Part shown: positions 29,570 through 39,173 of the stretch, in pieces
Numbering within the stretch: position 1 is the stretch's first letter
Layout: each line of letters opens with the position of its first letter
Origin: Gemmatimonadota bacterium
GTDB taxonomy: Bacteria > Latescibacterota > UBA2968 > UBA8231
Direction of reading: 5' to 3'
Length of the DNA: 64,000 bases
Assembly (NCBI GenBank): GCA_038153405.1
Contig: JAYOYH010000010.1
Coordinates: 1-64,000 of the forward strand
Made by a program: the position numbers and the translations under genes
Notes under the pieces: model-generated
Seen by the model: only the letters and a program-made list of their open reading frames with translations
The model's database searches: none
What the model was told of the DNA's origin: nothing

Positions 29570-30334
29570 TCAGGGGCTGGTATTGGCTACTCTGCGCCCG
29601 TCGGGATATACCCGCCCAATTTCGCGCTGAAAGAGCATCTCCACGTCGGTGGTCTCTACCGGGTCGCCTTTGTAGTCAAAGCGCACGACAATATCGTCAA
29701 TGTGCACCGTCAATAGGTCGACATCGCTAGCCAACGGTTCAAATACGATATAGCCCTCGCTCTCCTGGGCAGAAAAAATCTGCTCGTCTTGATACATCGT
29801 CCTGCGCAGAATGCCATCGCGTTCCTTCCAGACAATAAACGAATTGCCGGGTATGCCCGGCGAATCGCCTCCACTGCCGCCACCGGCGTAGCGGCGATAG
29901 TAAATGGATAGCTGGTCTCTGGTCAACGCATAGTATTTGCGGCCGTTTGACGTCGTGATATACACCTTCTGCGGATCGAGGTAGACCTTGGGATACTCGT
30001 AATTGGACACGTTGAGGCGAAAAATCGTCCACCGTTTGGGCGTATCCCCGGTGTCAAAATACTCCGAGTTGCCAAAGGTATACGGGTTGCGGGACTCGGC
30101 CCCGTCGTTGGAATAAGCGCTGAACTGGCGATTGAGTTCTTCGTCAGTCATCGGCCGCAGGGTGATGGCCAGGCGCGCCTGGTTATAGGTAACGCTGCCA
30201 TCGTCGGCAACTTCTTTGTCCTCGCCCTGCTCCGCTTCGCTCAGCGGCTGCAAATCATCTGCATAGTATCGATATGAACAACCCGTCCATCCGACGGCTG
30301 CGGCGAAGAAGAGCAGGTAACAGATTTTCAACAT
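29570..30334 (-). CDS. Lipoprotein of unknown function, paralog of 811-1551
   Basis: Lipobox WTGC, SD GGAG; PMTDEELNRQF, NPYTFGNS, VxRFDY/F and IGRV/IY shared with the paralog. Confidence 0.8.
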   Translation of the reverse strand: MLKICYLLFFAAAVGWTGCSYRYYADDLQPLSEAEQGEDKEVADDGSVTYNQARLAITLRPMTDEELNRQFSAYSNDGAESRNPYTFGNSEYFDTGDTPKRWTIFRLNVSNYEYPKVYLDPQKVYITTSNGRKYYALTRDQLSIYYRRYAGGGSGGDSPGIPGNSFIVWKERDGILRRTMYQDEQIFSAQESEGYIVFEPLASDVDLLTVHIDDIVVRFDYKGDPVETTDVEMLFQREIGRVYPDGRRVANTSP

Positions 30335-30344
30335 GGCTCTCTCC

Positions 30345-33098
30345 TTATTCCAGACCAGCGTAAACCGTTACGAACATCGCCGTCTCGGTTCGCGCTTTAT
30401 CAGCCGATGCACGGTCGATTCGCGCGATGCGGAAACCCGCCTGCGTCCACAAATTATACCCTTGGTAGTCGACGTTATTAGTGAACTGCAGCGCGTATAC
30501 GAGCTCGTTGCGATCGGAGCGCAGCAGGTTGTCCTCGAGTTGTTTTCTATACTGCTCGACGAACAAGTACTCAACGCCGGTCTGCAGCTCTGTGCGAGAG
30601 AGGATCGGCACGCGCGCAATCAGCGAAAATAGCTCGCGCAATTCCGTCGTCGCTACGCGGACCTGAGAATCTTCTCTCTCGGCGGGACGCTGGCGCTGAA
30701 ACTCGCTCTTCCAGCGCGGCTGGAACTTGACAATGCCGACGTCAAACGTGTAGTCCAGCTTGTTGAGTATGCCAAGGAACGACGCCGATTCGCGTATATC
30801 TTGCTGCTCGACCGGACGCTGATCGTAGTCGATCTGGTTTACTACCTCCCACTTTACGCGATTCTTGAACTGCAATCGATCGCTGGTATACTGATAGCCA
30901 AAGTAGAAGGTGTTGGCCCACGCATCGCGAAACGGCAGCGGATCGGTGTAGGGAACGAAAGCGCCACGCGACCCCTCGCGGACGATCCACTCAATCATAT
31001 CATCGCGAATATCGTCCTGCACGCGGCGCAGGTTATTAAAGACCTGCACGCGGCCCCGGCGCGAAAAATCGCGATCGTAGGTCAGCATTAGGTAATTGCT
31101 GACGTTGGAGCGATCGTCCGCCAGCTGGCGCTCGTCGAGGCGTCCAACGGTCAGACGGGCCTCGGGACCCAACTGCGTGCCGATATAGGCGTTGTAGCCG
31201 CGGCGATCCCGCTTGTAGAGATAGTCCGGCAAATTGTCGTTTTCAAAGCGATCGACAATGCCGTTGTTGTTCATATCCACACCGAAGAGAAATTCCGGCC
31301 GATCGGACGCATAGCGCAAGAAGGGCTCCTCGTAGTCGGGCATCGTATTTTCCCGGACATCCGAGTCGTTCTGGTTGAAGTCGTTTACAAAGTCGTTGTT
31401 CTCGTCGTAGCCCGGAAAGATACGCGTATCCTGCGAAAAGTTAGAGCGCAGCCAGTCGGGATTGCGGTCTTGGTCGTCATTGTCGTCGACGAACTCGTAT
31501 ACAAAGCGCGTATTGTCGTCGTAGTTGATATCGGCGGCGTCATTCTGCGTTCCCGCCAGGTACGCGCTGGTACTGTAGTCGGGATCTACGTTGTAGACTT
31601 CGCCAAAGGCGTAGTAGGGATAGGCGCGCTTGTAGACGTTGACGAACCAGGCGTCGGCCTGATTGTTGAAGGCGCGATGCTGGGTCACATCGCTTTCCGA
31701 ACGGCGCGGATAGCGGAAGTGCTGGCGGTTGCGGTCCCATTCGCCGGAGAGATAAAAACCGCCGACATCGCTCACGTCGATGGTCACGCCAAAAATCTCG
31801 TTGGCAACCGGCAGGCCGTAGTTGACCCGTACGAACTGCTGGTTCGAACCGTCCTTGACGTTGCCGTCTGCACGCACGGTGCGCTCGGGGATGCCTTCGG
31901 ACAGCAGCACCGGCTGGCCGTTTGAGTTGAGCTGGCGGTTTGAGGTGACGTCGATTCGATAATCATTGGCCAGCAGTAACTGGAACTCTATGCTCTTAAT
32001 CTGCTCGGGCTGTGGACCGAATGAGTTGCGATATTCCGGCCCCTCGAGGTCGTAGACCAGGACGATGACCTCGTTGCCGTCGGCAGAGAGAAAACCCTCG
32101 CGGCGGAAGCCGCCCTGCACAGACGGATGAAAGTCGAGGATGTTGTTATCGCCCAAGCGGCGGCGGTTGCTGATCTTGCCGCCGTCGATCGTCGTTATGA
32201 TCATCTCCTCCTGAAAGTAGGCCGCACCCGCCTGGCCGTCCTCCGGCGAGTCATCGCTCAGGCGCACCTCAATGCGCGAGACGTCGGCGTTGTTCTGCCC
32301 TTCCGTCAGGGTGCCACCAAAGGGATTGCCCTGAAAGGCCTGCCCCTTCGTTTGTGCGTTAAACGCGCTCAAATAGGTCGCACCGAGCTTTACAAAATCA
32401 CCGATCTGCACGGTTCCTCGCCCACCGACTAAGTTGGTGTCGTTGGAGCGCTCGCGCCCACCGCCGGTAGTGTTTCCCGTCGTGCTACCCGTGGCACCCG
32501 GTGAAGATGGACGAGAAGCGATAAACGTCGCCTCGTATTTATCCGTAGCCAAGTCCAACTGGATGCCTGCAAACGTCGGCTTGGAAAAGGTCATCGGCGT
32601 CAGCGTTGTGCGGATGCGATCGCCAATGGTCAGCGCGTAGGCATACTGGCCTTTCTGATCGGAGGCAATGACCACGCCGGAAAACCAGCTGGTGAAGTTC
32701 GTAGTCTTGAACAGGTTGCTACCGGCCGTCTGCGGAGCAGAAATACGCCAGTCGTAAATGAGCTGTCCGCGCGTTATGTAGTTGCCGTACAGATCATAGA
32801 AGTAGAACCCTTCCTGCGTCGTGTTCACATACCGTTCATACTTGCGACGGGCGTAGTTGGTGTAGTCCTGCTGACGCCACTGGTACTCGTTGAAGAGCTC
32901 CTGCGGCACATACCACTTCTTCACCGCTGGATCCAACGCGTCAAACAACACACCCGAACCGTTCGGCTCATAGAATAGCTCGCCCCCGCGCCGGACGCCC
33001 AAACGCGAGCCAAAGTCTTCTTGTGCGAGCGCCGCATTGGCTTCTACTAACAGAACAGCAGCTGCTACAAACAGAAAAATACGTTTAGCGTTGTTCAC
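30345..33098 (-). CDS. Large exported putative beta-barrel with Asp-rich loops (copy 3 of 3)
   Basis: GTG start with SD GGAGGG; signal peptide ALA-Q; LFDALDP.VKKWYVPQEL, LTPMTFSKP, DDSPEDG, DDNDDQDRNPDW, DMNNNGIVDRFEND; ends MFVTVYAGLE. Confidence 0.7.
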   Translation of the reverse strand: MNNAKRIFLFVAAAVLLVEANAALAQEDFGSRLGVRRGGELFYEPNGSGVLFDALDPAVKKWYVPQELFNEYQWRQQDYTNYARRKYERYVNTTQEGFYFYDLYGNYITRGQLIYDWRISAPQTAGSNLFKTTNFTSWFSGVVIASDQKGQYAYALTIGDRIRTTLTPMTFSKPTFAGIQLDLATDKYEATFIASRPSSPGATGSTTGNTTGGGRERSNDTNLVGGRGTVQIGDFVKLGATYLSAFNAQTKGQAFQGNPFGGTLTEGQNNADVSRIEVRLSDDSPEDGQAGAAYFQEEMIITTIDGGKISNRRRLGDNNILDFHPSVQGGFRREGFLSADGNEVIVLVYDLEGPEYRNSFGPQPEQIKSIEFQLLLANDYRIDVTSNRQLNSNGQPVLLSEGIPERTVRADGNVKDGSNQQFVRVNYGLPVANEIFGVTIDVSDVGGFYLSGEWDRNRQHFRYPRRSESDVTQHRAFNNQADAWFVNVYKRAYPYYAFGEVYNVDPDYSTSAYLAGTQNDAADINYDDNTRFVYEFVDDNDDQDRNPDWLRSNFSQDTRIFPGYDENNDFVNDFNQNDSDVRENTMPDYEEPFLRYASDRPEFLFGVDMNNNGIVDRFENDNLPDYLYKRDRRGYNAYIGTQLGPEARLTVGRLDERQLADDRSNVSNYLMLTYDRDFSRRGRVQVFNNLRRVQDDIRDDMIEWIVREGSRGAFVPYTDPLPFRDAWANTFYFGYQYTSDRLQFKNRVKWEVVNQIDYDQRPVEQQDIRESASFLGILNKLDYTFDVGIVKFQPRWKSEFQRQRPAEREDSQVRVATTELRELFSLIARVPILSRTELQTGVEYLFVEQYRKQLEDNLLRSDRNELVYALQFTNNVDYQGYNLWTQAGFRIARIDRASADKARTETAMFVTVYAGLE

Positions 33099-33159
33099 GA
33101 AAACCCTCCCTTATTCACCAGCATTTGTCTGACAATCTATTCCAAATGCTCGAAGTACG

Positions 33160-36100
33160 TCAATATGCCACATTGACAATGCGCATCAGCTCGCTGTCGC
33201 CCTGATCGGCTTCAACGATGATGCGGCAAATATACATACCCGGAGGCACCAACGCCCCCGACGCGTCGAGCCCGTTCCAGCGGAACTCCTGCGCACCAAC
33301 CATCCCGGCCATACCGCTTCCCTGTCCGCGCCCCACCAAGCGCCCACTAAGGTCGAATATCTCCACACCTAGCGGACGCTCTTCCAACACTTTGAGCAGG
33401 GCGAAACGCACGACGAGTTCGTCGTTTATGCCATCGCCGTTCGGCGTAAATACAGCCGCCATATCAACGTCTTGAATGAGCGCATCACTCAGCGCCATTA
33501 GGCTGACGCGAGCCGTTGAGGATTCGACCAGTTCGGTAGCATCCTTTGACGACGTATCAACGCGCTGAAAAACGCCCTCTTCGCCGTTGGACGAACGGAC
33601 GAAACTGCCAAACTCAATGCCTTCGCGGAAGCTCTGGGATTCAAACTGCACCTCGACAATGGCATGGCGTCCTCCCAACAAGTTTCCATTCACCGATTCG
33701 GGGAAGCGCACCCATAGCGAGTCGCTGCGCGTAGCCATAACCATGAGCGCCTCGCCCGCCTCGTTGCGAAAGGTGCCGTCGGCATCCCGACCATAAAACC
33801 GCGTGAAATCGGTCTGTACGGCAGTCGTCAGGGAGGCCGTAGGATCGATGAGAGAGGCCTGTTCAGATACGGATACCGTTCCGACCCGCACGCCTTTCAA
33901 CTCGGCAGCGAGTGGAGTGACGATAAGAACTTCATTGAAGCCATCGCGCACCGTCACGTCAGCCGGATCCGGTGCAGCCGCTCGAATAAAGTACGAGAAG
34001 CTCTGCTGCGAAAGGGGATCAACGCCCGTAGGCGCCACGTAATCGACGGGAAGCGAAAGGAGCTCCGTCACGGGACGGCCCTTACCCTCGTCCGTAAGCA
34101 GCGCTAGTTCGCCCGCTAGTTCTAACGACAGGGGCGGCGCCAAATCGACGCGCAGTTCGCGAACGCGGGCCGTCTTGAACGGTTCTTCGGAGGAAATATT
34201 AACGCGAATCTGCAAAAACTTGCGCGGGTTAGGCGAGGTTATCGTCGCCTCGTTGCGCCCGTTGGTCGGCGCATACGACTCGCTCCACTCGCTCCAGCCG
34301 ACAAAGGCCAGTTCGCCTTCGCTGTCGTAGGAAGAGCGCGGCTCGCGGCGGAGTTTCTTTCCGTCTTCGTCTACCAATCCATCGCCGTCGTTGTCGATCA
34401 GGTCGATGGGATCTTCATCCGTCACGCCATCGCCGTCGTCGTCGACGCGACTCTCGTGCCGTTTGTTGTCTGGCAAGGTCTGCCAGATATTCCATGCGGT
34501 CCACTCCAGCACCAGCGCATCGTAGACTTCCTTTGCAACCTCCTGCCGCTCTTGGGCTCCGGCAATTTCGACCACTTCGTAGTAGGTGAAGTTGGTATCG
34601 GTTTGATCGGACGTGCGCGTTTGCACCTGCAGGCGCACGTCGGGATGGTTCTCCAACGGCTCAATCCGCTCGACGGTTTGCCCGGTAACCGGGTCGGTGT
34701 CGCGAATAATCACATCGCCTCCCCAGGCAATCTGCGGCAGCGTTTTGCGAATAAACTCCCCGCGCGCATCCGTCAGGGAGATCGGCGGCGAATAGGCCCA
34801 AACGCTAACGGGATACCCCTCCCCATAGAGTTGGATCTCGCCGAGGGTTGCCAGCGAACCATAGCGTCCCGACTGCTGCCCGGTCACGTCGATATCGCGC
34901 ACCTGCAAAAAGCGGATTTTGCGCGGGGAAAACGTCTCGCGGAATATGCGCACGACTTGGTCGTGATTGTCCACGTGCTCGGCAGAAATAATGTTGTCCC
35001 ACTTAAGCCCCTCTTCCAACTGGGGAAAATCGTCGCGCTGTTGCATGCTGAGCGGCTTGAGCAGCGTGCCGTCTGACACCAAGATATCCGGGCCTAGGAA
35101 AGCGCCTAAATGGCTCTGGTTGATGCGCTTGTTAACCACGGAGACGTTATCCACCCAGAATACGGCACCCAAATCGTACCAGGCCGTTCCCTTAAGATAG
35201 ATCGGAGACCACGTATTGGCCTGCCATTCGGAGTCGTAGAGCCCATCCGTGGCCAACTCGGGGGCTCCAAGGCCACCATTTTCATAGGAGGCGCCACCGC
35301 GCTTTTCCGGCTGCAGGGCGTAATTATCGCCCTTGGCCCACACCTGCACTTCGGAAATGCGCGGCACTTCACGGCTGTAATAGAGTATGGGACCGCGCTT
35401 GTCCTCCGACAGGGCTTCAAACTTAGCGCGAGCATTCAGGCCGTTTTCGTCGTCCTGCAGCTCCACGAGCAGGCCGCCCGCCGTCAGGCGCTGAAAGACC
35501 AGTGCACCTCTCTGTTCCGAGGGAAGTGCCTCGTACACCACCCGGCCCTCTTCCCCAGCCCCGAGGAACGCATCGCGCCACAAATCGGAATCGGTGACCT
35601 TAATGCGGATATACTGCAGAAACGTGCCGTCTATATCGGGCAGTCCATCCAAATCCCAGTCGGCGCGATCTAGCGGGCGGAGGGGAAAGGTCATCTGCAC
35701 GTAGCGCCCGTCCGTGCCCGGCGTGGGGCGGAGCACGAGTTCGTTAACCTCTTCTCCTCCACCGCCCGAACACGAGGTGCCTCCGGCATAGCCTGCCGAC
35801 TCATCGCGCACGCATTGAGCGATTTTTCCGGCGGCAAAGTTGGTCGCAACCTGTCCGACGAGCGAGAAGTTCAGGCTGTTACCCAGTGGAAAGGGAAAGC
35901 GCTCGCCCATGGACGCAAAAACGGCAAATGATTTCAGTGGTTCACCGAGAAATTCTTCTCCTACCTGGCCAGCCGGAAAAATAACCGTGACGCTGTCGAC
36001 GTAAACCAAACGCCCTAGGTCGATTTCCAATTCCCACTTGCGCAACCCATCGACGGAAAACTCGTGCGTTTCGTCGAGGCGACGCTCGTAGTTGGAAGCA

Positions 36101-36501
36101 ACGGAGGGTTCCCAGTAGGTCTCGAGATTGTCGTCAAGGATAGCTAAGGACCGGGTGTTATTGGATAAACTGCTGGCCCCACCGCTGACCACATCGCCGC
36201 CAGCGCGCACCAAATCCTTATAGCTAAAGTTGGCTGCCGTAGGGCCGATGTTGATATTGCGCCGATAAAAGACCGGACGCATCCCCTCCGCATCGACCTG
36301 AAAGATGTCGGCGTCGGTAATGGGCACGTTAAGCGAACCGACGAGGTCGTTTTGATAGCTCCAATTGAGCCAATGCGAAGCCCTATCGACTCGAATCGAG
36401 TTGCCAAATAGCCTGTAGGCGTCACCGACCTGAGACAGTGCAGGGACTGCCAACAGGACTCCTAGCAACACAGCGTGGCACACAGTCATCCGATTTTTCA
36501 T
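33160..36501 (-). CDS. Secreted two-discoidin-domain protein with acidic insert and FlgD-Ig/CHU_C-like C-terminal domain
   Basis: Signal peptide; ILDDNLETYWEP...IDLGRLV, second YDLGAVFWVD unit; two DxDGDGxxDED repeats; FTPNGDGIND...IVNVAY. Confidence 0.75.
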   Translation of the reverse strand: MKNRMTVCHAVLLGVLLAVPALSQVGDAYRLFGNSIRVDRASHWLNWSYQNDLVGSLNVPITDADIFQVDAEGMRPVFYRRNINIGPTAANFSYKDLVRAGGDVVSGGASSLSNNTRSLAILDDNLETYWEPSVASNYERRLDETHEFSVDGLRKWELEIDLGRLVYVDSVTVIFPAGQVGEEFLGEPLKSFAVFASMGERFPFPLGNSLNFSLVGQVATNFAAGKIAQCVRDESAGYAGGTSCSGGGGEEVNELVLRPTPGTDGRYVQMTFPLRPLDRADWDLDGLPDIDGTFLQYIRIKVTDSDLWRDAFLGAGEEGRVVYEALPSEQRGALVFQRLTAGGLLVELQDDENGLNARAKFEALSEDKRGPILYYSREVPRISEVQVWAKGDNYALQPEKRGGASYENGGLGAPELATDGLYDSEWQANTWSPIYLKGTAWYDLGAVFWVDNVSVVNKRINQSHLGAFLGPDILVSDGTLLKPLSMQQRDDFPQLEEGLKWDNIISAEHVDNHDQVVRIFRETFSPRKIRFLQVRDIDVTGQQSGRYGSLATLGEIQLYGEGYPVSVWAYSPPISLTDARGEFIRKTLPQIAWGGDVIIRDTDPVTGQTVERIEPLENHPDVRLQVQTRTSDQTDTNFTYYEVVEIAGAQERQEVAKEVYDALVLEWTAWNIWQTLPDNKRHESRVDDDGDGVTDEDPIDLIDNDGDGLVDEDGKKLRREPRSSYDSEGELAFVGWSEWSESYAPTNGRNEATITSPNPRKFLQIRVNISSEEPFKTARVRELRVDLAPPLSLELAGELALLTDEGKGRPVTELLSLPVDYVAPTGVDPLSQQSFSYFIRAAAPDPADVTVRDGFNEVLIVTPLAAELKGVRVGTVSVSEQASLIDPTASLTTAVQTDFTRFYGRDADGTFRNEAGEALMVMATRSDSLWVRFPESVNGNLLGGRHAIVEVQFESQSFREGIEFGSFVRSSNGEEGVFQRVDTSSKDATELVESSTARVSLMALSDALIQDVDMAAVFTPNGDGINDELVVRFALLKVLEERPLGVEIFDLSGRLVGRGQGSGMAGMVGAQEFRWNGLDASGALVPPGMYICRIIVEADQGDSELMRIVNVAY

Positions 36502-36558
36502 ACTCTATCCTCTTTGAGGAGCATTTCGCGCAGATCGTCGCAATGCGTTTCCCGCAGC

Positions 36559-39009
36559 TTAATAGGCGACGGAAATGAGTTTCGTTCTCGCCTCGCCCGC
36601 ATCGTCCGCTTCCGTCGACAGCCGCAATATGTATAGTCCTGGCGGCACCAGGCTGCCCATGTCGTCCCTTCCATCCCACTGTTCTGAATAGCCACCTGAG
36701 TTCAGCAAGCGCTCGATGAGGCGCAGGCGGTTCCCATTCAGATCGTATACCGCAAGCAGGACCGCGCGGGGCTCTAACAAGCGCTGGACGTCAAAGCGGA
36801 CCTCTAACAGATCGTTGACCCCGTCGCCGTTCGGTGTAAAAGGGTTGGGAGTCGTTTCGAAGTTCGCAACTAAATTGCTCCCCTGCGCCGAGATATCGGC
36901 GATAACCGCAAGCGAGTTGCGGTCGGAAAGCTGCTCTGTAGCATCAAAATCGATGACATCGCTGCCCTCGACCGGCTGCGGCAGAAAGAGAGCCAAGGTG
37001 TCGGCAGCTGCGCCCAACGTGAGGATTCCGTTATTGGTAAAGCGGCGATCGAAGCTCGATGCCAGCGTATCCAAGAACACGTTGGCCGCGAAGTTGGTGC
37101 GGAAGTCAATCACGCGCGCGCGGAAGTTGACTTTCACAACCGCCTCCCGATCCAGCCCATCGTCACCGGGGGCAATCGTCGGAAATCCGATCACAAATTG
37201 CTCGTCATCAACGAATAGCGCGCTGAACTGATCATCATCGAAATCGGGGTTTTCGCTGGCAGACAACATGCGCACATCGCCGGCACCCATATCGATTGAC
37301 ACAGATTGAATGTTTTCGACGCGGGCAGGCGTGAAGACCTGCAGCCGATTGAAACCGTTGTTATTCGCTCCCAGGGACGCTCTAATCGCAATGGCGAAGG
37401 TCGTGTCTATACCAGCCTTGACGTCGACCGCGGGAGCGATCTCGCCGACCACGGCGTCGGTGATCTGCGGCGCCGAGTATTCAAAGCGCAGGTTGCGCAC
37501 AATCGTCGCCGACTCCGATGATAAACTTCTGAACTCAACATCGATCTGAATAAAGGGCCTACCACTCGGCGAGTTGATGAGCTGGCCATTGGTCACCTGC
37601 TGCACGCCGCTCCAGTACTCGAGATCCGGCTCAATTTTCCTGCGCAAGTTGCCGGGCAGCGCCTGATATTCGGCGCGCGTCAGACGAACGGATTCGCGCT
37701 CGTCGGGCAGCAGCGCGCTGAATATTTCGCGAACTTCTAGGTTGAACTGTGGGTCGTTCAAGTCGATCTGCTCGCCGCGCGTCTTCGATCCGGCGCGACG
37801 GTCCACTACAATAGCGTTTTCCGGCTTCCACTCGACCTGACGCTCGAATTCGTTGACGCGAAACAGCACATCCGGCTCGGCATTAACACCCGTCTGAATG
37901 CGCACGATGGCACTCGACTTGGTCGGGTCACCGACCTTATCCTCTTCCCAAAAAATGCGACCAAGGGTCGACGGCGGCAGCGGCAAGGCGATAGAGCGAT
38001 AGGTCGCCTGCGGCACAAAGCCGTCGGCAAAGAATTCCATCTCGCCCAAATCATAGTCGAGTTCGGTCTGAAAGTCCATGCGCGCGTAGCGCATTTTGGC
38101 GGGCGGATCGAACGCCACCGCCACTGTGTCCTCGACGTTAACGGGCGCACTCTGCTCGGGAACAAAAGTGGGAAACGTCGGGGCAATTTTGGTGAATATG
38201 GGAAAGGCCAACTGACCGACGGTCGGATCGTCCAAGCTCAAGCCGGCAATGACTTTTTCCGTGCCGGCAATACCCCGATAGAACGTGTAGGCAGAAATGC
38301 GAACGGGCGCCTCCGGACTGGGATATACCCGCATGAGGCGAATGGGAAAAAAGCGTCCGAGGTCGACATACAGCGTCCAGACCTGCTTGACGTCCTGCCC
38401 AACGCGGTCGATGCGCTCAAAGTGGGTAAGCGGATCGCCGTCAAATACGCGGCCCAATCCCTCTTGGAGCCGCTGTAAGGTCAGCGCACGCTCAAAAATA
38501 CCCAGTGTCGTGAGATTGAGACCCTTATTGTATTTGTCTCCTCCCGGCGGGCGCGGAAACGACTCCGCTACGTTAATCAGCGCAGCGACCGTATCCACGC
38601 CGGCTAGGCGCAGCATCTGCACGTCTTCCAGCGACCGAGGAAAGTCACCCCAGCGCGAAATGAGCACATCACCAGCGGCCACGGAGCGATCGCCGAGGGT
38701 GGCATCCAGCTGCGCTACGACTTCGGATCGGGCAACGTGTTGCGAAAATTCAAATAGAATGGAGTCAGCACCAGCGCTGCCCTCCTCAACCTGCGGGACA
38801 GGCACCATTTGCACCGGCTCGATCGGCGCAATCCCGTCGGGAACGCGTAGGAGATCGACGGCTTCGAGATAGCGCTGCTCGGAGATAGGTCCCTGTTTGG
38901 CATCAACCCAGGAGATATCTTGCGGAATGGAAAAGATCTTGAGTTCGGCAGGGCTTTCGCCCACCAGGCCCGCCAGCACTGCTACGGCGATACGCTTTGA
39001 CCATCTCAT
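36559..39009 (-). CDS. Secreted discoidin-like protein with FlgD-Ig/CHU_C-like C-terminal domain
   Basis: Start reassigned to ATG 39009 (MRWSKRIAVAVLAGL...). VFDGDPLTHF, VDLGRFFPIRLMRVYP, SPSGRPFIQ; PNPFTPNGDGVND...WDGRD...ISVAY. Confidence 0.75.
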   Translation of the reverse strand: MRWSKRIAVAVLAGLVGESPAELKIFSIPQDISWVDAKQGPISEQRYLEAVDLLRVPDGIAPIEPVQMVPVPQVEEGSAGADSILFEFSQHVARSEVVAQLDATLGDRSVAAGDVLISRWGDFPRSLEDVQMLRLAGVDTVAALINVAESFPRPPGGDKYNKGLNLTTLGIFERALTLQRLQEGLGRVFDGDPLTHFERIDRVGQDVKQVWTLYVDLGRFFPIRLMRVYPSPEAPVRISAYTFYRGIAGTEKVIAGLSLDDPTVGQLAFPIFTKIAPTFPTFVPEQSAPVNVEDTVAVAFDPPAKMRYARMDFQTELDYDLGEMEFFADGFVPQATYRSIALPLPPSTLGRIFWEEDKVGDPTKSSAIVRIQTGVNAEPDVLFRVNEFERQVEWKPENAIVVDRRAGSKTRGEQIDLNDPQFNLEVREIFSALLPDERESVRLTRAEYQALPGNLRRKIEPDLEYWSGVQQVTNGQLINSPSGRPFIQIDVEFRSLSSESATIVRNLRFEYSAPQITDAVVGEIAPAVDVKAGIDTTFAIAIRASLGANNNGFNRLQVFTPARVENIQSVSIDMGAGDVRMLSASENPDFDDDQFSALFVDDEQFVIGFPTIAPGDDGLDREAVVKVNFRARVIDFRTNFAANVFLDTLASSFDRRFTNNGILTLGAAADTLALFLPQPVEGSDVIDFDATEQLSDRNSLAVIADISAQGSNLVANFETTPNPFTPNGDGVNDLLEVRFDVQRLLEPRAVLLAVYDLNGNRLRLIERLLNSGGYSEQWDGRDDMGSLVPPGLYILRLSTEADDAGEARTKLISVAY

Positions 39010-39100
39010 TCCTTGGCTCTCCGGGTCAGATTCCTCATTCAATACGCGATAAAGGGCGAGATACTAAACGGCAGGAAGGTTAGAGCACGCGTTTGTCCTG

Positions 39101-39144
39101 AAAAACAGCGTTGAAGAGAGGGGGTTGCCCCCCTCTCTTCAACG
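39101..39144 (-). terminator. Strong intrinsic terminator after 39174-40079
   Basis: Perfect 16-bp stem CGTTGAAGAGAGGGGG (39109-39124) / CCCCCTCTCTTCAACG (39129-39144), 4-nt loop, followed on the minus strand by CUGUUUUU. Confidence 0.85.
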
Positions 39145-39173
39145 GGATATCACAGCGCATTGCAGCGCTTAAA

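Noticed and set aside
2687..33098. SusC/SusD-type TonB-dependent uptake locus
   Set aside because: I see no TonB box, plug-domain motif or terminal Phe in the large proteins and no SusD-like neighbours; not fully excluded without structure prediction.
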